From positions 14,756,001 through 14,820,000 of the forward strand of contig NC_090340.1 in NCBI RefSeq assembly GCF_035084215.1: a stretch of 64,000 nt of DNA. The letters are read 5' to 3'. How positions within the stretch are numbered: the first letter of the stretch is position 1; each line of letters begins with the position of its first letter. Below are positions 25,901-38,099 of this stretch, one piece after another. The stretch is from Heptranchias perlo (lineage: Eukaryota). The notes beneath the pieces are model-generated. The model was not told the DNA's origin. It ran no database searches and saw only the letters and a list, made by a program, of their open reading frames with translations. A program made the position numbers and the translations under genes.

Positions 25901-26659
25901 CAGGAACTACCTAAGTAAAGTTATTATTCTGTAATGATATGCGCCCACGAGTACTGCACTGCCTCAGTTTTGCACCTCGCTGCTCCGCAGCCTGCACTTC
26001 AGCATAACTCCAATGCCCCGACTGCTCTGGTTTCTAATTTGTCATAAGTTTTGCTATTTAACTGTGAATAATTAGACAAAATAAAAGTTTATGTAAATAA
26101 GGACAGAATTTATGATTTCAATATGGAGATTGAATTAATTCTGCGTGACCTGGGTCATTTATTTCTCCACCATCAACCGCTCCTACACGGAAACACCACC
26201 TTGGTCTTGGCTCCCTGCCACGATCTGAAATGCTGAGAATTGCTCCTGACTCCATTCTCAGCGCGCCCGGACCACAACCGATCTGCGAGCTCTCCAGTGT
26301 TTCTTCACTCGTCCAGTTCATTTCCTCTGTTGCTATTTTTGATTCTTCTTCTGCGCTGGCCGAATCTGGCTCTGTTGGTGTAAAGAATTGGGCGCTGCAA
26401 AGTTTGAATTCTTCATTTGGGATCGACTACGAAGGAGCGGACTTTCGGCGTTGGGAACAGGCTGAAAATGTTTCGGCGTGGAATGCCCAGGGTGCAGAAG
26501 TGACCTCCCCACTTATTCCAGCGGTCCACTCACTCGGTCCAAGTATTTTCACGAAAATCGTTTCCGAGATGTTTGAAGTATTTATATTTTATCTTTTTTT
26601 TTGTTACACTAAAAGGACACTTATTTTCATTGTCTAATGATGGCCTCTCTGGGGGCTTT

Positions 26660-26970
26660 CATTCCCGGCGCGACACACCACTCTCGAACTCACAATTCCT
26701 CTAATTCCCACCTCTTATGCGACCCCTCCCTTTGTCCTACCATTGCTGACCATTCTTTCGGCCGTCAAGGCCCGATCTTCCACACTTTCCTCCCTAACAT
26801 CGTCTCCTTTAAGAGACTCCTTAAATCCCATCTCTTTGACCAAGCTTTCGGCCGCACCTGGTATTGTTTCTTTCTTTAGTTCGACCTCTGTTTTTTCCTT
26901 CCGCTTTTGCGAAGCCCCATGAGACGTTTTCTTCAATCATAAAGGAGCTACAAAAATACAGATTCTTGTG
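26660..26970 (+). mobile_element. L2 LINE 3' end
   Basis: FKRLLKSHLFDQAF C-terminus with an L2-type tail. Confidence 0.65.
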
Positions 26971-27842
26971 GGTTTCTGGTTTTGATTGGCATCATTCGGT
27001 ACTCTGCATACTTGAGCAAATCCATCAGGTAAGCTAAAGGGAGAGTGATTATTTGAATCAATCAGAAAAGTATTAGGTAATAATTTTGGGAGTAATGCAC
27101 TTACCTACATTTTTAAAATGCATTGTTCATGGACATGTGAAATATGTGAGCCCTTTAGGATGGGGAAGCCTCCCTTGCACTTGACGCTCGAATGAGGAGA
27201 ATATTACCGTTCCTTATTAACATATTTTGGCCATTGAGCTCTTGACCTGGACGCTTAATTGGCGCACGGCTCTTGTTTAACTATCTGACATATCCGCTAT
27301 CAAATCAACTTGCACAGTTTAATCATTGCCGCCATTAATTTGCTCCAAACATTTTTGGCAGGACGCGCTGTTAACTGGAAATTGCATTTGCAAACACGCC
27401 CTGATCTCGGCAGCTGTCTAATAGGATCATCAAATCTCCATTTACTCACTGCTAAATAAGGTGATTACAATGTAAAAATGGACCTTCGGCCTTTCTCTAC
27501 TGTAATTTAAAGAACAGATTAGAAACGATCTCTAAAATTTCCCAGTCTGTACAGATTTGATATTTTTACTTTATTGTGTGACGCGTGCAACCTAAGGGAG
27601 GTGTATTTGTCTCACGATATTCACTACAAGGAGCTTGGTCATTCCACATCTTAATCTCGGACAATCCAATACGATGCTACGATTGTTGGTAAATTCTCCA
27701 TTTGAAATTCGGATATTATTTTTTCCTAATCCTGTGTTAACCGTGATATAGGCGATTGCAGTGGCTGCTTCGGAACAAAACGGTCAGCAAATCTCACTTC
27801 ACAAATGAAACCTATTCTGAATCTGCAGACACAGGATGTCAA

Positions 27843-27851
27843 ACGTCATTG
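27843..27851. promoter_or_regulatory. CRE/ATF half-site-containing motif ACGTCATTG, about 89 nt upstream of the copy 2 ATG
   Basis: Identical 9-mer at 46902 upstream of copy 3; mutated at 589 in pseudogene copy 1. Confidence 0.45.
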
Positions 27852-27931
27852 CAACGCATTTCGGCTTAAATAATCAGCAGGCCCTTCTTACTGTGGCAAC
27901 AGTCAGTGATCAGTTTAATCTTTTGCTCGGA

Positions 27932-27986
27932 ATGTTGTCGAGTCTGATGTTTCTGTGCCTGTCTCTCCGGGGAATTAGTTACACAG
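27932..27986 (+). CDS. Copy 2 leader exon MLSSLMFLCLSLRGISYT
   Basis: 55 nt, hydrophobic, phase-1 donor. Confidence 0.85.
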
Positions 27987-30900
27987 GTACCTGTTATTCT
28001 CTATCCCATCTGTCTCAATAAATAAAACATCTGAAGGAGTTATCATATGAATTGAATTAGATTGATATCGTCCATCTATATTCTTCTTTCTCTAATTTAT
28101 TTCCATGTACAAATATTTTCTAAAGTGTCTGGTTCCACATAGAATATAAATAACCAAATGTTTAAAATATTTTATAACAGCTGCTGCACGTATTTCTCAA
28201 ACTCCCGAAAAGATGATTGCATTAAGGGGGACAGACATCACCTTCTACTGTGTAATCCCCCTCTCTCAGGACAACTCAGGGGTAGAAGTGCGTTGGTGGA
28301 AAGGGGGTGAGAACGAATATCTGCAAACAGGCGCCGATAACAGAAAACGATTTGGTGTCAAAAATAAAGGAGCCGGTTTCTTTGAGCTGCGGAACGTGAC
28401 TTTCCAGGACTCTGGAATCTATCACTGCGCAGTGATCCGTCAGGGAAGAGTTAGTGAAAATGGAACGGGCTCAAATCTAATTGTGTGCGGTAAGTGACTG
28501 GGATGATCGGGAACTTCCAAATTTATCAGATGTAACAAGAGGTCATTTTGCGATTGTTTCATTGTAAATTTTTGACGTATAAAAAAGTTATTTTAATACA
28601 TTTACATTCAAACTCAATGTTACTCCGATGTCTCTGTACACAGCTGCTAATTACACGGCATAATATGGCGCTTCATTTGCTGAGTGGTGTGAAATTCCAT
28701 CAATATTAACCAGAGTAAGTAACATATTACTGGATTCATCTCAAAATGTAGTTTCTACATCAGACTTCTGAGGAGGGAAGGTGCGGAACAAATTCCAAAT
28801 ATATTGATGACTGACTGAAAATACTATATATTAATGCACCTCTCCCGCCATTTATACGGCTCTTACCTTGTTTTAGGTGCTCTGTTTGTCCCCGTCACTG
28901 TCGGAGAGGTTTAACGGTCTCTGCTGAAATTAATGCTCAGAAAATGACAGGCTGGTTCGATTGGTGGATTTCAAATCAGATGCAATTAACTCAACAATCG
29001 ATGGATTCAATCAACAAACGGGACCACGAACCAAAATTTCGCCGCCTCTTTCGCCTCCAATAAATAAAATATTCCGCAGAGACTGAGCGGCTGAAACTTT
29101 CTGAGATTGAATGGAATGTAATTTCCTTCAGCCATTCCCATGCTCGGGCAGTGTGCACTGCCCGATAATCATTTGGTCCCTCCTTTTATTCTCGATAATG
29201 TACAGACTTTCCGTTTCTCTCTTGGGGAGACAGTCAGACAAGGCCAGAGTTACGAACAAACGGGGAATGACTGAGAATGGCATCAATCGCTCATATCTTA
29301 CGTTTAATATCTCCCCAGTAACCTGATTTTCCCCATTGTCTGTTCGACAGCTGCCCCAACTCCACTGAAGATTGTCTCCAGGACACCCGAGTGCAAATCG
29401 TCTGCCTCTCTGACTCTTGTGTGTGAAACGGCTGAGTTTTACCCCGAGGACTTCACCCTCACTTGGTATAAAAATGGCGTCAAAACCACAACTGGGATAA
29501 ATATCACTAAACGGCAGAACACCGAGGGTTTGTATGAAGTTTCCAGTTCTTTGGAAGAGACGCAGCTTAAGCGGAATGGATCTGTTTACATCTGTTTGGT
29601 AACTCATGTCACCCTCCAGGAACCCGCCATTGTAACTTACACTGTAAGCAATTCCAACCCAGGTAAGAGGCCAACAGGCCAAGAACTGAGGTCAGCTACT
29701 GTTAAATACTGAAAGGGTATTTCATAGAGTTTGTTCATATTGATAATCATAAGATAATTTGAATTAAATTCCCGGGAAATCGGACAGAAAATACATGTTT
29801 CAATGTAATATATTATTTACCCGAACCTGTTGTAAAAACGGAAGTAATATTGTCGCTCTCCACCCAGAAACTGCCAGTGAAACCTCGACAGCTTCCAAAT
29901 TGTTAAAAAAAAAGTATAAGCAGGGATTTTATCTTTTGTATCCGATTATTTTATGTCTCTTGCGTATTACTAAACATTTAAATTTGTCCGCTTGTTAAAG
30001 TGTTTTTATTCTATCCCATTATATTCTTTCCTTACATGAGCTGCGGGACCAGGAGCTGCAGTTCGGTGTCTACCACCGAGCCTCTTCTGGTGCGGCTCCT
30101 GATTCCGAGCTCGGTTGGGCGATATTGTGAATGGGTTAGAAATCGACCTTGTGGATAGGCCGTAACCTGACCCCTCCATGATACAGAAGTTTGGAGCGGG
30201 ATACCATTTCATTCCTTTCATTCAGGCCCTGCCCCAGATCTGTCTGTACTACAACCGGGTGCAAAGCATCGTTTTATTAACAACCATTTTTCTGTAATTA
30301 ACAAATACTCGTGTACTTGTTTCCTTTCCTATTCAGTGACAGTCTTATTTCGGTAAATACACTGCAGGTAATTGAATTGGCATTTAAACTAATTGAAGCA
30401 ACCAGCCTTTTTTCTCAGGCAATGGCGAGTCACATGTCACTGACTGGCCCTGATTTCAGCAAACAGCTTAAGACCAGAAGAAAAGTCAATTCGAAGAACA
30501 AGTCATTCGGTCCATCGTAACTTATTCCTCTAGAATTCTAACTCTCCCAAATCAATCTTCAGAACACCCTAAACTGATTCCCTCCGTCGCAGAATATTCC
30601 GGGCATGTGTCGCCATTTGTGACAAGGAGCTCCTTTTGATATCAGTTCTAAAAAGATAAATTAAGATTATTTTCAAATTCCCACGTTCTCGTGCTATAAT
30701 GCGGAGTTACTGTAAATATGAACGGTAGTTCAACCAACAAATTATCCCAACGTCTCTATTTAGATAACGCCCGCCACAAATTAGAACTCTTTGTTCCTTT
30801 TAATCTTGCAGATCGTGACTGTAAATATCGTTACCTCTGGGGTGCTGGATGGGCGGTGGGTGGATTGGCGTTTCTCGTGCTCATGATCATCATTGGGACA

Positions 30901-33839
30901 AGATGCAATTTGAAGAATAAAGGTAAGTGTAACCTTAATCGTCTTATTTTCAGAAAAATCTTCAGAGGGATAGTAACAGCATCCTGGGCGGCACAGCAGG
31001 AGAAAAGTGCGAGTGTTATTTAAAGTGCAGGTGATATTATCTGATACCAAAGGAATAGAGACTACCGCTTGCTGCAAATGGCACTAAATTCAGCATCTTA
31101 CAATGCAAGAATTCTCACAGAATCATATTATAAAGGATCTGATTATCTGGATATTAATAATGGATATTAATATCCACTTTGTGGCAGATAAGTGAAATCG
31201 GATCGATTGTTTCATCAATTTGCGGGTCCCTGACTATTTTGGGTAAAGTGGTGTCAGTGTCCAGTCGGTGTCGATGTGCACGACTGCTGATGGCTTCAGG
31301 GACTCGGATTTACAATACAATACAATACGGAAAATGTGATATCACAAAATAACTGCGACGAGGAAGACCATTCGGTCGATCTTAATTGGTCCGCCCAGAT
31401 GAAAATGTTCCCCCAATGTAGAATCCAGCTGTTTGTTAAAGGATCCTGGGACTTTTGCCTCCTTTGCCGTACCTGAAAGTTTATTCCACATGTTGATCGT
31501 TGAGAAGGAGAAATTCCTGACATCATTCTTAAAATTATCTTTTACTACTTTTGTCCCCCAGGACAGCACCCACAGTTAAATATTTAGTACTATATGGGTA
31601 CGGTAGTGTAGTGCTTATGGTACTGAACTTTTAATCCTGAGGCCTGGATTTATAATCCAGAGAAGGTGATTCAAACAGCGCCATGGCATTTTGAGAACTT
31701 GAAACCAGTTTTTAAAATTTGGAAATAAAAAGCTGGTTTCCGTGAAAAAGCAAGTGACCGTGAAGCTGCCGGATTGTCATAAAAAGCCAAGTAATTCATT
31801 AATGTCCTTTGGGGATGGAAACCTGCCGTCCTTACTCGGTCTGGCCTATATGAGACTCCAGTCCCACACCAATGTGGTTAACTCTTAACTGTTCTCTGAA
31901 GTGGTCTAGTAAGCTAATCAGTTGTCTCTAACTCAAGACAACTAAAGATGGAGAATAAATGCTGCCCTTGTTGGCCACACCACATCCTGAGAATGAATAA
32001 AGCAAAAATGTGGGTTAACTTTATGCGCTCAACATTCTTATATATTTCCATAAGATCACTGCTCAGACGCCTAATTTCCAGGCTAAAAGATTAAGTTTAT
32101 TCGGGGTTTCTTCATAACTCAGTTCACTGACACTGGGAAACCAGCCTGGTGGCTCTTCTCTGCACCGCCGCTAGCGCTAACGCTTGTTCATCAGTGACCA
32201 AAACTATTCTCAGTATTCAATGGACCATGTGACCAGAGCACTGATGCCAGCTTTTTCTTTCCAAATTTCAAATACTGGTTTCAAGATCTCAAAATGCCAT
32301 GGCGGTGTTTGAATCACCTTCTCTGGATCATAAATCCAGGCCTCTCGCTTAAAAGTTCAGTAACATAAGCACGACACTACCGTACCCTTATATTGCTATA
32401 TATTTAACTGTGGGGACTGAACTAGGGGACACTGGTAAAAAGTAGCAAATGATAATGTTAAGAATGATGTCAGGAATTTCTTCTTCACAACGATCAACAT
32501 GTGGAATAGATTCCCAATAACAGCAAAGGAGACAAATGTCCTAGGAACCTTTAACAAACAACTGGATTCTACTTCGGGGAGCATTTTCATCAGGGTGGAT
32601 GAATTAAATTCTACTGTTTTGCCTATGTAGTTCAACGTCGTATTGGCTTTGTCCACTGCTGCTCTGCTTGGATGGACATGTGTTTAGCGTCCAGTCTACT
32701 AAGACTCCTAAATCTCTTTTAGTTCCATCCTTAGCTATTTCAATGCAATCCATGGAATACATGGATAGTTTAATTTTCCTTCCCATCAGTCGTAATCTAC
32801 TCTTCTCTGCATTGAATTTCATCTGCCATTGCTCTTCCCACCAATATATCTAAATTCATGTTAAGCTTAACATTGTTTCTAAAAATACTTTTGAAAGCAT
32901 AAACATGGAAACTGAATAAACATTTTAATCATTGAATGTAATCAAATATCATTCATTCCCAGGTAAACAGGAAAGTGTAACAACACCGCACCGCAATGAA
33001 GAGCTGGTAGGTTCATAACATTCATCCAGGAAGAGGGTTCGAATTTAAATAAATATTATTATGATGGAGATATTTCATCAAAAGTATTTGTCCCTCTTTG
33101 ATGCGTCATTCAAATCGTGTTTTGAGAATTATTTGGCACTTGTTGCGATGCTGGTGTAACTGGTTAAACAAAGGATAAAAACAAGGTATGATGGTAGCTT
33201 TATTCAACATATACATAGGTAATAATTACTGGTAAATCCATCTAATCGTTGCTTTTGGAATCTGATATTACACGTCTAAGATTCTAAAATTATCTCTTGT
33301 TTAATCATATCTGTAACACTGCATGGTAGTGAAAATTGACAGGTTGGAATGTGAGTTACAGTGGACACACGATTTACCGGCCTTAATATTCGTACATTTT
33401 AAAATATATTCACTGTGGTTTTATTTGAAGTCCCGATCATTCTGTGCAATATTCCATCAGCAGTCTGTAAACTGGCGAAGGCAATGAACTAGCCACATAA
33501 CAAGACAATTTCCTTCTGGCCCATGCAGGCAGCAGAGAATGAGATAGCGCCTTATGCTGCATCAGATATGAGCAAAGCCAAGAGAACCCCAGGACGTAAA
33601 CGTGAAGAGCGAGGGCAGTACACGCTGAGGTAGGGCCGAGAAGCAGATAAGGGAAAATAGATCACCACCGTGGCACTAACATTCATGTAATAGCGGAGTA
33701 TTTTGGATTGTGCTGACTTTAACCGTGTATTGTATCTAAAGCTATTTGTGAGTTATTCTGATGACTACTTTGAGCAGCAGTCCACAAACTGGTAAAAAGA
33801 CCAATCAGCAATACTTCCAAACATTGGCTTTTCAGGTAA
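27932..33839 (+). CDS. V(J)-C1-TM IgSF receptor copy 2 (SIRP-like / NKp30-like / VJC1-type), about 311 aa with a truncated tail
   Basis: join(27932-27986,28181-28489,29351-29662,30812-30922,32963-33006,33529-33629,33836-33839). All junctions are GT/AG and phase-consistent through exon 5. Exon 6 is 101 nt, a frameshift that ends the protein at QYTLR*. Confidence 0.85.
28181..28489 (+). CDS. Copy 2 V-set exon with germline J-like G strand
   Basis: ISQTP, TFYC, VRWWK, LRNVTFQDSGIYHC, NGTGSNLIV; 309 nt, phase 1-1. Confidence 0.93.
29351..29662 (+). CDS. Copy 2 C1-set exon
   Basis: TLVCETAEFYPEDFTLTWYKNG..NTEGLYEVSSSL..YICLVTHVTL; 312 nt, phase 1-1. Confidence 0.93.
30812..30922 (+). CDS. Copy 2 stalk and transmembrane exon (no charged TM residue)
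   Basis: DRDCKYRY-LWGAGWAVGGLAFLVLMIIIG-TRCNLKNK; 111 nt. Confidence 0.88.
31596..32008 (+). mobile_element. tRNA-derived SINE with a family A LINE-type 3' tail
   Basis: tRNA-like head, body homologous to 44405-44890, and tail AATAAATGC..CACATCC..GAATAAA. Confidence 0.75.
32245..32600 (-). repeat. Inverted duplicate of about 31392-31740
   Basis: Reverse-complement match spanning the LINE/SINE junction. Confidence 0.8.
32963..33006 (+). CDS. Copy 2 cytoplasmic exon 1 (GKQESVTTPHRNEEL)
   Basis: 44 nt, phase 1-0, homologous to 4379-4422. Confidence 0.75.
33529..33629 (+). CDS. Copy 2 cytoplasmic exon 2 (APYAAS), with a 1-nt deletion
   Basis: 101 nt versus 102 nt in copy 1. Confidence 0.72.
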
Positions 33840-34006
33840 AACAAGGAAGAGCCCGTGACAAGCTGACGAACGCGACTCCAGAATTTTCTGGCTCCGGGAA
33901 AGCGAGGAAATCTAAAAATAACCGGCAAAGCACAGAATATGCCGAGCTTCAGGGGAAAAAACAAAGAGTAACAGAGGTCGTCTTCACAGAAGCAAGAACC
34001 ACATAG
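33836..34006 (+). CDS. Copy 2 terminal exon, open in the ancestral frame (TEYAEL); translated only through alternative splicing
   Basis: TTTTCAG acceptor; VKQGR..STEYAEL..VVFTEARTT* with no internal stop. Confidence 0.6.
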   Translation, partial: VKQGRARDKLTNATPEFSGSGKARKSKNNRQSTEYAELQGKKQRVTEVVFTEARTT

Positions 34007-34699
34007 TGCTGCAATCCTAGGCACATAAATCAGTTTACTGGTGTATATTAATTTACCCCGCAGCTATATCAACTCCATTGATATCAATGAAAAAGAAAAT
34101 CTGTCGGTTTCTATATAAGGCCGGAGATCCGATGCAGCAGTTTACCGCCTAAGCAGTGTCAGTGTGAATTGTCCCCATGTGAATGTTTATCCATGTTATC
34201 CAATCACCATGTATCCGAGATGTAACACATTCCAGTATCGTGGTATATAATACACCTGTATATTTGGTTCCATTATTTGGGGATTATTAGTCAGCAATAT
34301 AGTTACTTGTAATAAAAACATTTTCAAGTTAAATCTGTATTATTTAATGTATGACGTATCTATACTATTTCAATTATAATGATAGGCTAACTCTCATGCT
34401 GTAGATACTTACATCGCGTCTATGTATTCAATACAAATGGATGTTTTACGTTCTCCTTGTTAAAAAATCAACCATGATACATAAGTAATACATATGTCTG
34501 GGAACAAAACGGCACGCAACTGAGTTTTGACTTTACGCTTTGTGTCACTGTATTCCGGCTTCTAGCCCAGCCGATCCTCCTGGAGCGGAGAGCAGGATGT
34601 TTCAATCCATGGACTGGTCCATAAACTCTCTGAACTCAGATTCTGCATGACGGTACAAGAGACACAGTTGCCCGAACTCTGGGATGGGTATCGATTCTT

Positions 34700-36560
34700 T
34701 TCAGAAACGTTATACCAAGACAATCCACAGTCACCTTAGAGGGAACAGCCCTGATTATCCTCATTAAGTTCAATTTTCAGAAGGAGATTGATGTTTGGGA
34801 GAGAGTTCTGAAACGAGCAATATAAATTATTCCGGGATTTACAATTTAACTTATGAGAAAACATATACTAATCTAAATGAATTTTCGTTGAATAAACCAT
34901 GATCTAGGCATTTAAAATATTGCGAGGCCTGGGCAATGGAAATACAAACTGGAGAGTTGATTTAGATATTTAACATGCAATAGAGGTTCAACTTTAAGAA
35001 GCCTCAATGAAGAAGGGAATAGAACGACATACACTCATTCCTTATAGAGTGGTTCCCTTGTCAGGAAAGAGATAACTCGTGGTTTAAAATGTTAAATTAA
35101 GACCTATTTGGGAAGTAGCTGAACTAAATTACAGGGTTCGAACATTGTGCAACTGTTACTGGAAGTACGGTAGCCCGGCTGTTCCAGTGACAAAGTCTTT
35201 GACTCCAAATTTAAAGACAATACAAGAGGAAGTGAATGAGTTGCCTCTTGCTTCGTGCAACTATCATGGTTGGGTGACTGTGTGCGTTATCAAGCAGGAG
35301 GATAGGACCAATAGCAAGGGGTTTGGAATCCTCGAATGTAATAACATAGCAACCGGACATTCGGCTCATAGAGTCTGCAACCTTGTTTTTCTCCACATAT
35401 ACCACTTAGTTAATTCTCTTCTTCGATCTCCACAATGTTCAATATTCCTCTTTTTCATTCAGCTGCTTCCCATTGAAAAGGGTTTTTGCTTCAATAACGG
35501 AATGCAGCAGTGAATTCCAAATTTTCATATTCTAACCATGGTATATGTAAGAAGGATTTTATATCGCTATTATTACTGTCCACGCGCCAGTGGTAATAAT
35601 TTATCAGTATAACCTTATTACAATCCTTCACAACCTTGAAAAACTTTGCATGCTCACCCCTTAATCTTCTCAGCTCCAATCATGAAAGCCCCAGCTTCTC
35701 CTCAAATTTCTCCTTAACTTTAACCCCACATCCTTGGTAACATAGTCGTTAATCTATGCTGGACGCCTTCAATTGTTTTTCTATCTTTCTTGTAATAGGG
35801 TATTCATTCCTGCACACAACACTCAATTACAGTCTCGCTAAAGTCAAGTACAACATTACCTCTCTGTTTTTCTATTTTATGCCTCTACGGCTTTTTGTGG
35901 CCGAAATTCCGTGAATGCCACCATTAATAACTTGCGTATTTGCACATCAAGATCACTACTCCTCTGCATCTTTTCAAATTCAACCATTTAAGGATTGTTT
36001 CGTTTTTCTGTTTTATATCCAAACATGAATTACTTCAAATTGTTCTGCCTTCTACATCTGCTACCTAACTGTCCATCCAGCGATGTCTATCAATATCCCC
36101 CTGCAGGATTTCAAAAGCTCCATCCTAATTCTCCATTCTCCCCTACACATTAGATGTCATTTTCAAATTTGGATGTTAATCCCTCAATTCCCATGAACCG
36201 ATAATTTATGTGTGCAGTAAATAAAAGCTGCATCAACTCAGGTGGCTGTGAAACACCAGTCATCAAATACTTCCATTCCAAGAAGCTGCATTTTATCCCT
36301 ATACTTTGTTTGCTAGCTTCCAACCATCGCTCTATCCTTGTGGCTAGATTCGTCTTACTCCATGTGGTGAGGGTTTCTTTTGTGATACCTTTTGTGATAC
36401 CTTATCAAATGCATTTCGAAAGTCCATGTAAATCACATCCACAACCTTTCCTTTGTCTTTTCCCTCTGTTATTTCTTCAAGGGAAGCCAAGCACGCTCTG
36501 CTATTTAGAAATCGGTGCTGGCTGGCCTTGATGAGCTCTTGTTTTTACAAGTGCCTGGCA
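34700..36560. mobile_element. Highly decayed CR1-like fragments on both strands
   Basis: ORF2 C-terminal and RT remnants such as ELRRLRG and DFRNAFD. Confidence 0.55.
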
Positions 36561-38099
36561 GTTTTCTCTAGATTGACACAGGGCACAGTAAATGTAAGTA
36601 AATGTTCAACAACTAGGATTACGTTTCAAATTAATTTCACATTCGATTTTCTCATCTAATAACTGCAAAATGTTTGAAGAATAATGTTTCAAAATTCTTT
36701 TGCCAACTAGTTAACCAATTGTGATACATTCGTGAAAAGTCAACGAGTGGGCGCTGAAAGGATGGAAACGATTAGTTGAAGATTTCGCCTTGTGTTTTTT
36801 GCTTTTCCAACAAGCGTTGCTAAATATCGACACCCGCGCGTGGGTTTCTAAAGCTAAGTAAAGCCATGGCTCATTTGCTCATCTCCGCTGTCGCAGTTCA
36901 AGTTTTAAATTTAGCTGTTAATTGCAAAACTCTGAAAACTTATCGAATGTTGCACAGCAGCAGTTATTACGCCTCGTGGTTCAGTGTAATTGCATCAACG
37001 GCCAAAGCTCACATTTATTCATCTACACGCGCGCTTCAGTACATTAAAACTGGCTAAACCACTGACACTTGGCTTAATTTAATGTACTGCAATACTGTAA
37101 TATTGATCACACTTGCTTCCAACTTGTAAGTTGTGGACAGCTGTCTAAAATGTCAAAAGTATTTGTTTAACGTGAAGCATATTTTATTCAATCGCCTTTT
37201 AATTGTAACAATTTTAAGAGGAGAGCCATTATTTAAAATTGTCTCTTGTCATGGTGTGTTACACATTAGGAATGCATGTGGTCGGCGACCAAGGAGTGTA
37301 TTGTGCATAGAACATCTTATGGGATATCGTGTCGTTCAACTTCATCCACGTCGAAAGCTTGACATAGGGTAGAAGGTAATTGTAATGTCACGGTAGGGGA
37401 AGTTTCATATATAATCCGTGCTCCCAGTATGCCTTCAAGCAGCACTGTAACAATATATAAATAGTGACCGAAGATAGCAGTCAGGTATAGGTATTTCCCT
37501 TAATAACACGAAAGGCTTAACCGACAGATTAGAAGAATGCGCTTCCCCTTTAAGAACACGCTGCGTTTGATTATGTTCAAAACGGTTGAAAAGTTACGGA
37601 ACACAAATAGAAACAAGTATACAGACCAACATGCAGGCACGTGTGATTACGTGCACGTACTCACACACACACACACCAAATTTATACTTTCTGTGCATAC
37701 CCAGTGGAAAAATTCCAACCTTGAGTATTAAAATGGATATATAATAAAAATCAAATATCAATAAGAACGGACAATCGTTTTGGCAGACTCAAAGGGGATA
37801 AAATCCAATTATTTCGCTATCTCTATCTTAACCCAGCACCAACACGTTGTAATTTCTCACCCAAGCTAATCAGAAGTGTATTTATTTCACCGATTCTGTA
37901 GTCACGGCGCTTGGTGCATTTTACAAGTCTGAGTCAGAACAAGCTGGGCTTTCAGTTATATGCTGTCCATGATTTCTAGACCTAAGAATCAGCACTCTGA
38001 TTCCACACAAATGGCCGGCTGCCCCGCTGCAGTTGATAACGTCGTCCCAGCTGATCGACCTGAACTGCTTGTAGCGACTCCATTGGATATATTATTGTA

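Larger units (their letters stand above)
31340..32850 (-). mobile_element. Old CR1-like LINE fragment interrupted by a SINE and an inverted duplication
   Basis: ORF2 remnants RNFSFSTINMWNKL, MKFNAEKS and RDLGVLVD. Confidence 0.6.

Noticed and set aside
26118-26637. GC-richer segment with ORFs on both strands
   Set aside because: No recognisable domain or exon boundaries; possibly a DNA-transposon remnant, but unsupported.
28430-28560. Rearranging Ig/TCR V segments with RSS
   Set aside because: No CACAGTG-spacer-ACAAAAACC follows any V. The J-like strand is in the same exon and ends at a splice donor.
30812-30922. True NKp30/NCR3 or activating-receptor call
   Set aside because: A C1 exon is present, there is no charged residue in the TM core, and the tail is ITIM-type. 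No gene symbol was assigned.
31596-31690. tRNA gene
   Set aside because: Degenerate tRNA-derived SINE head; no complete cloverleaf is evident.
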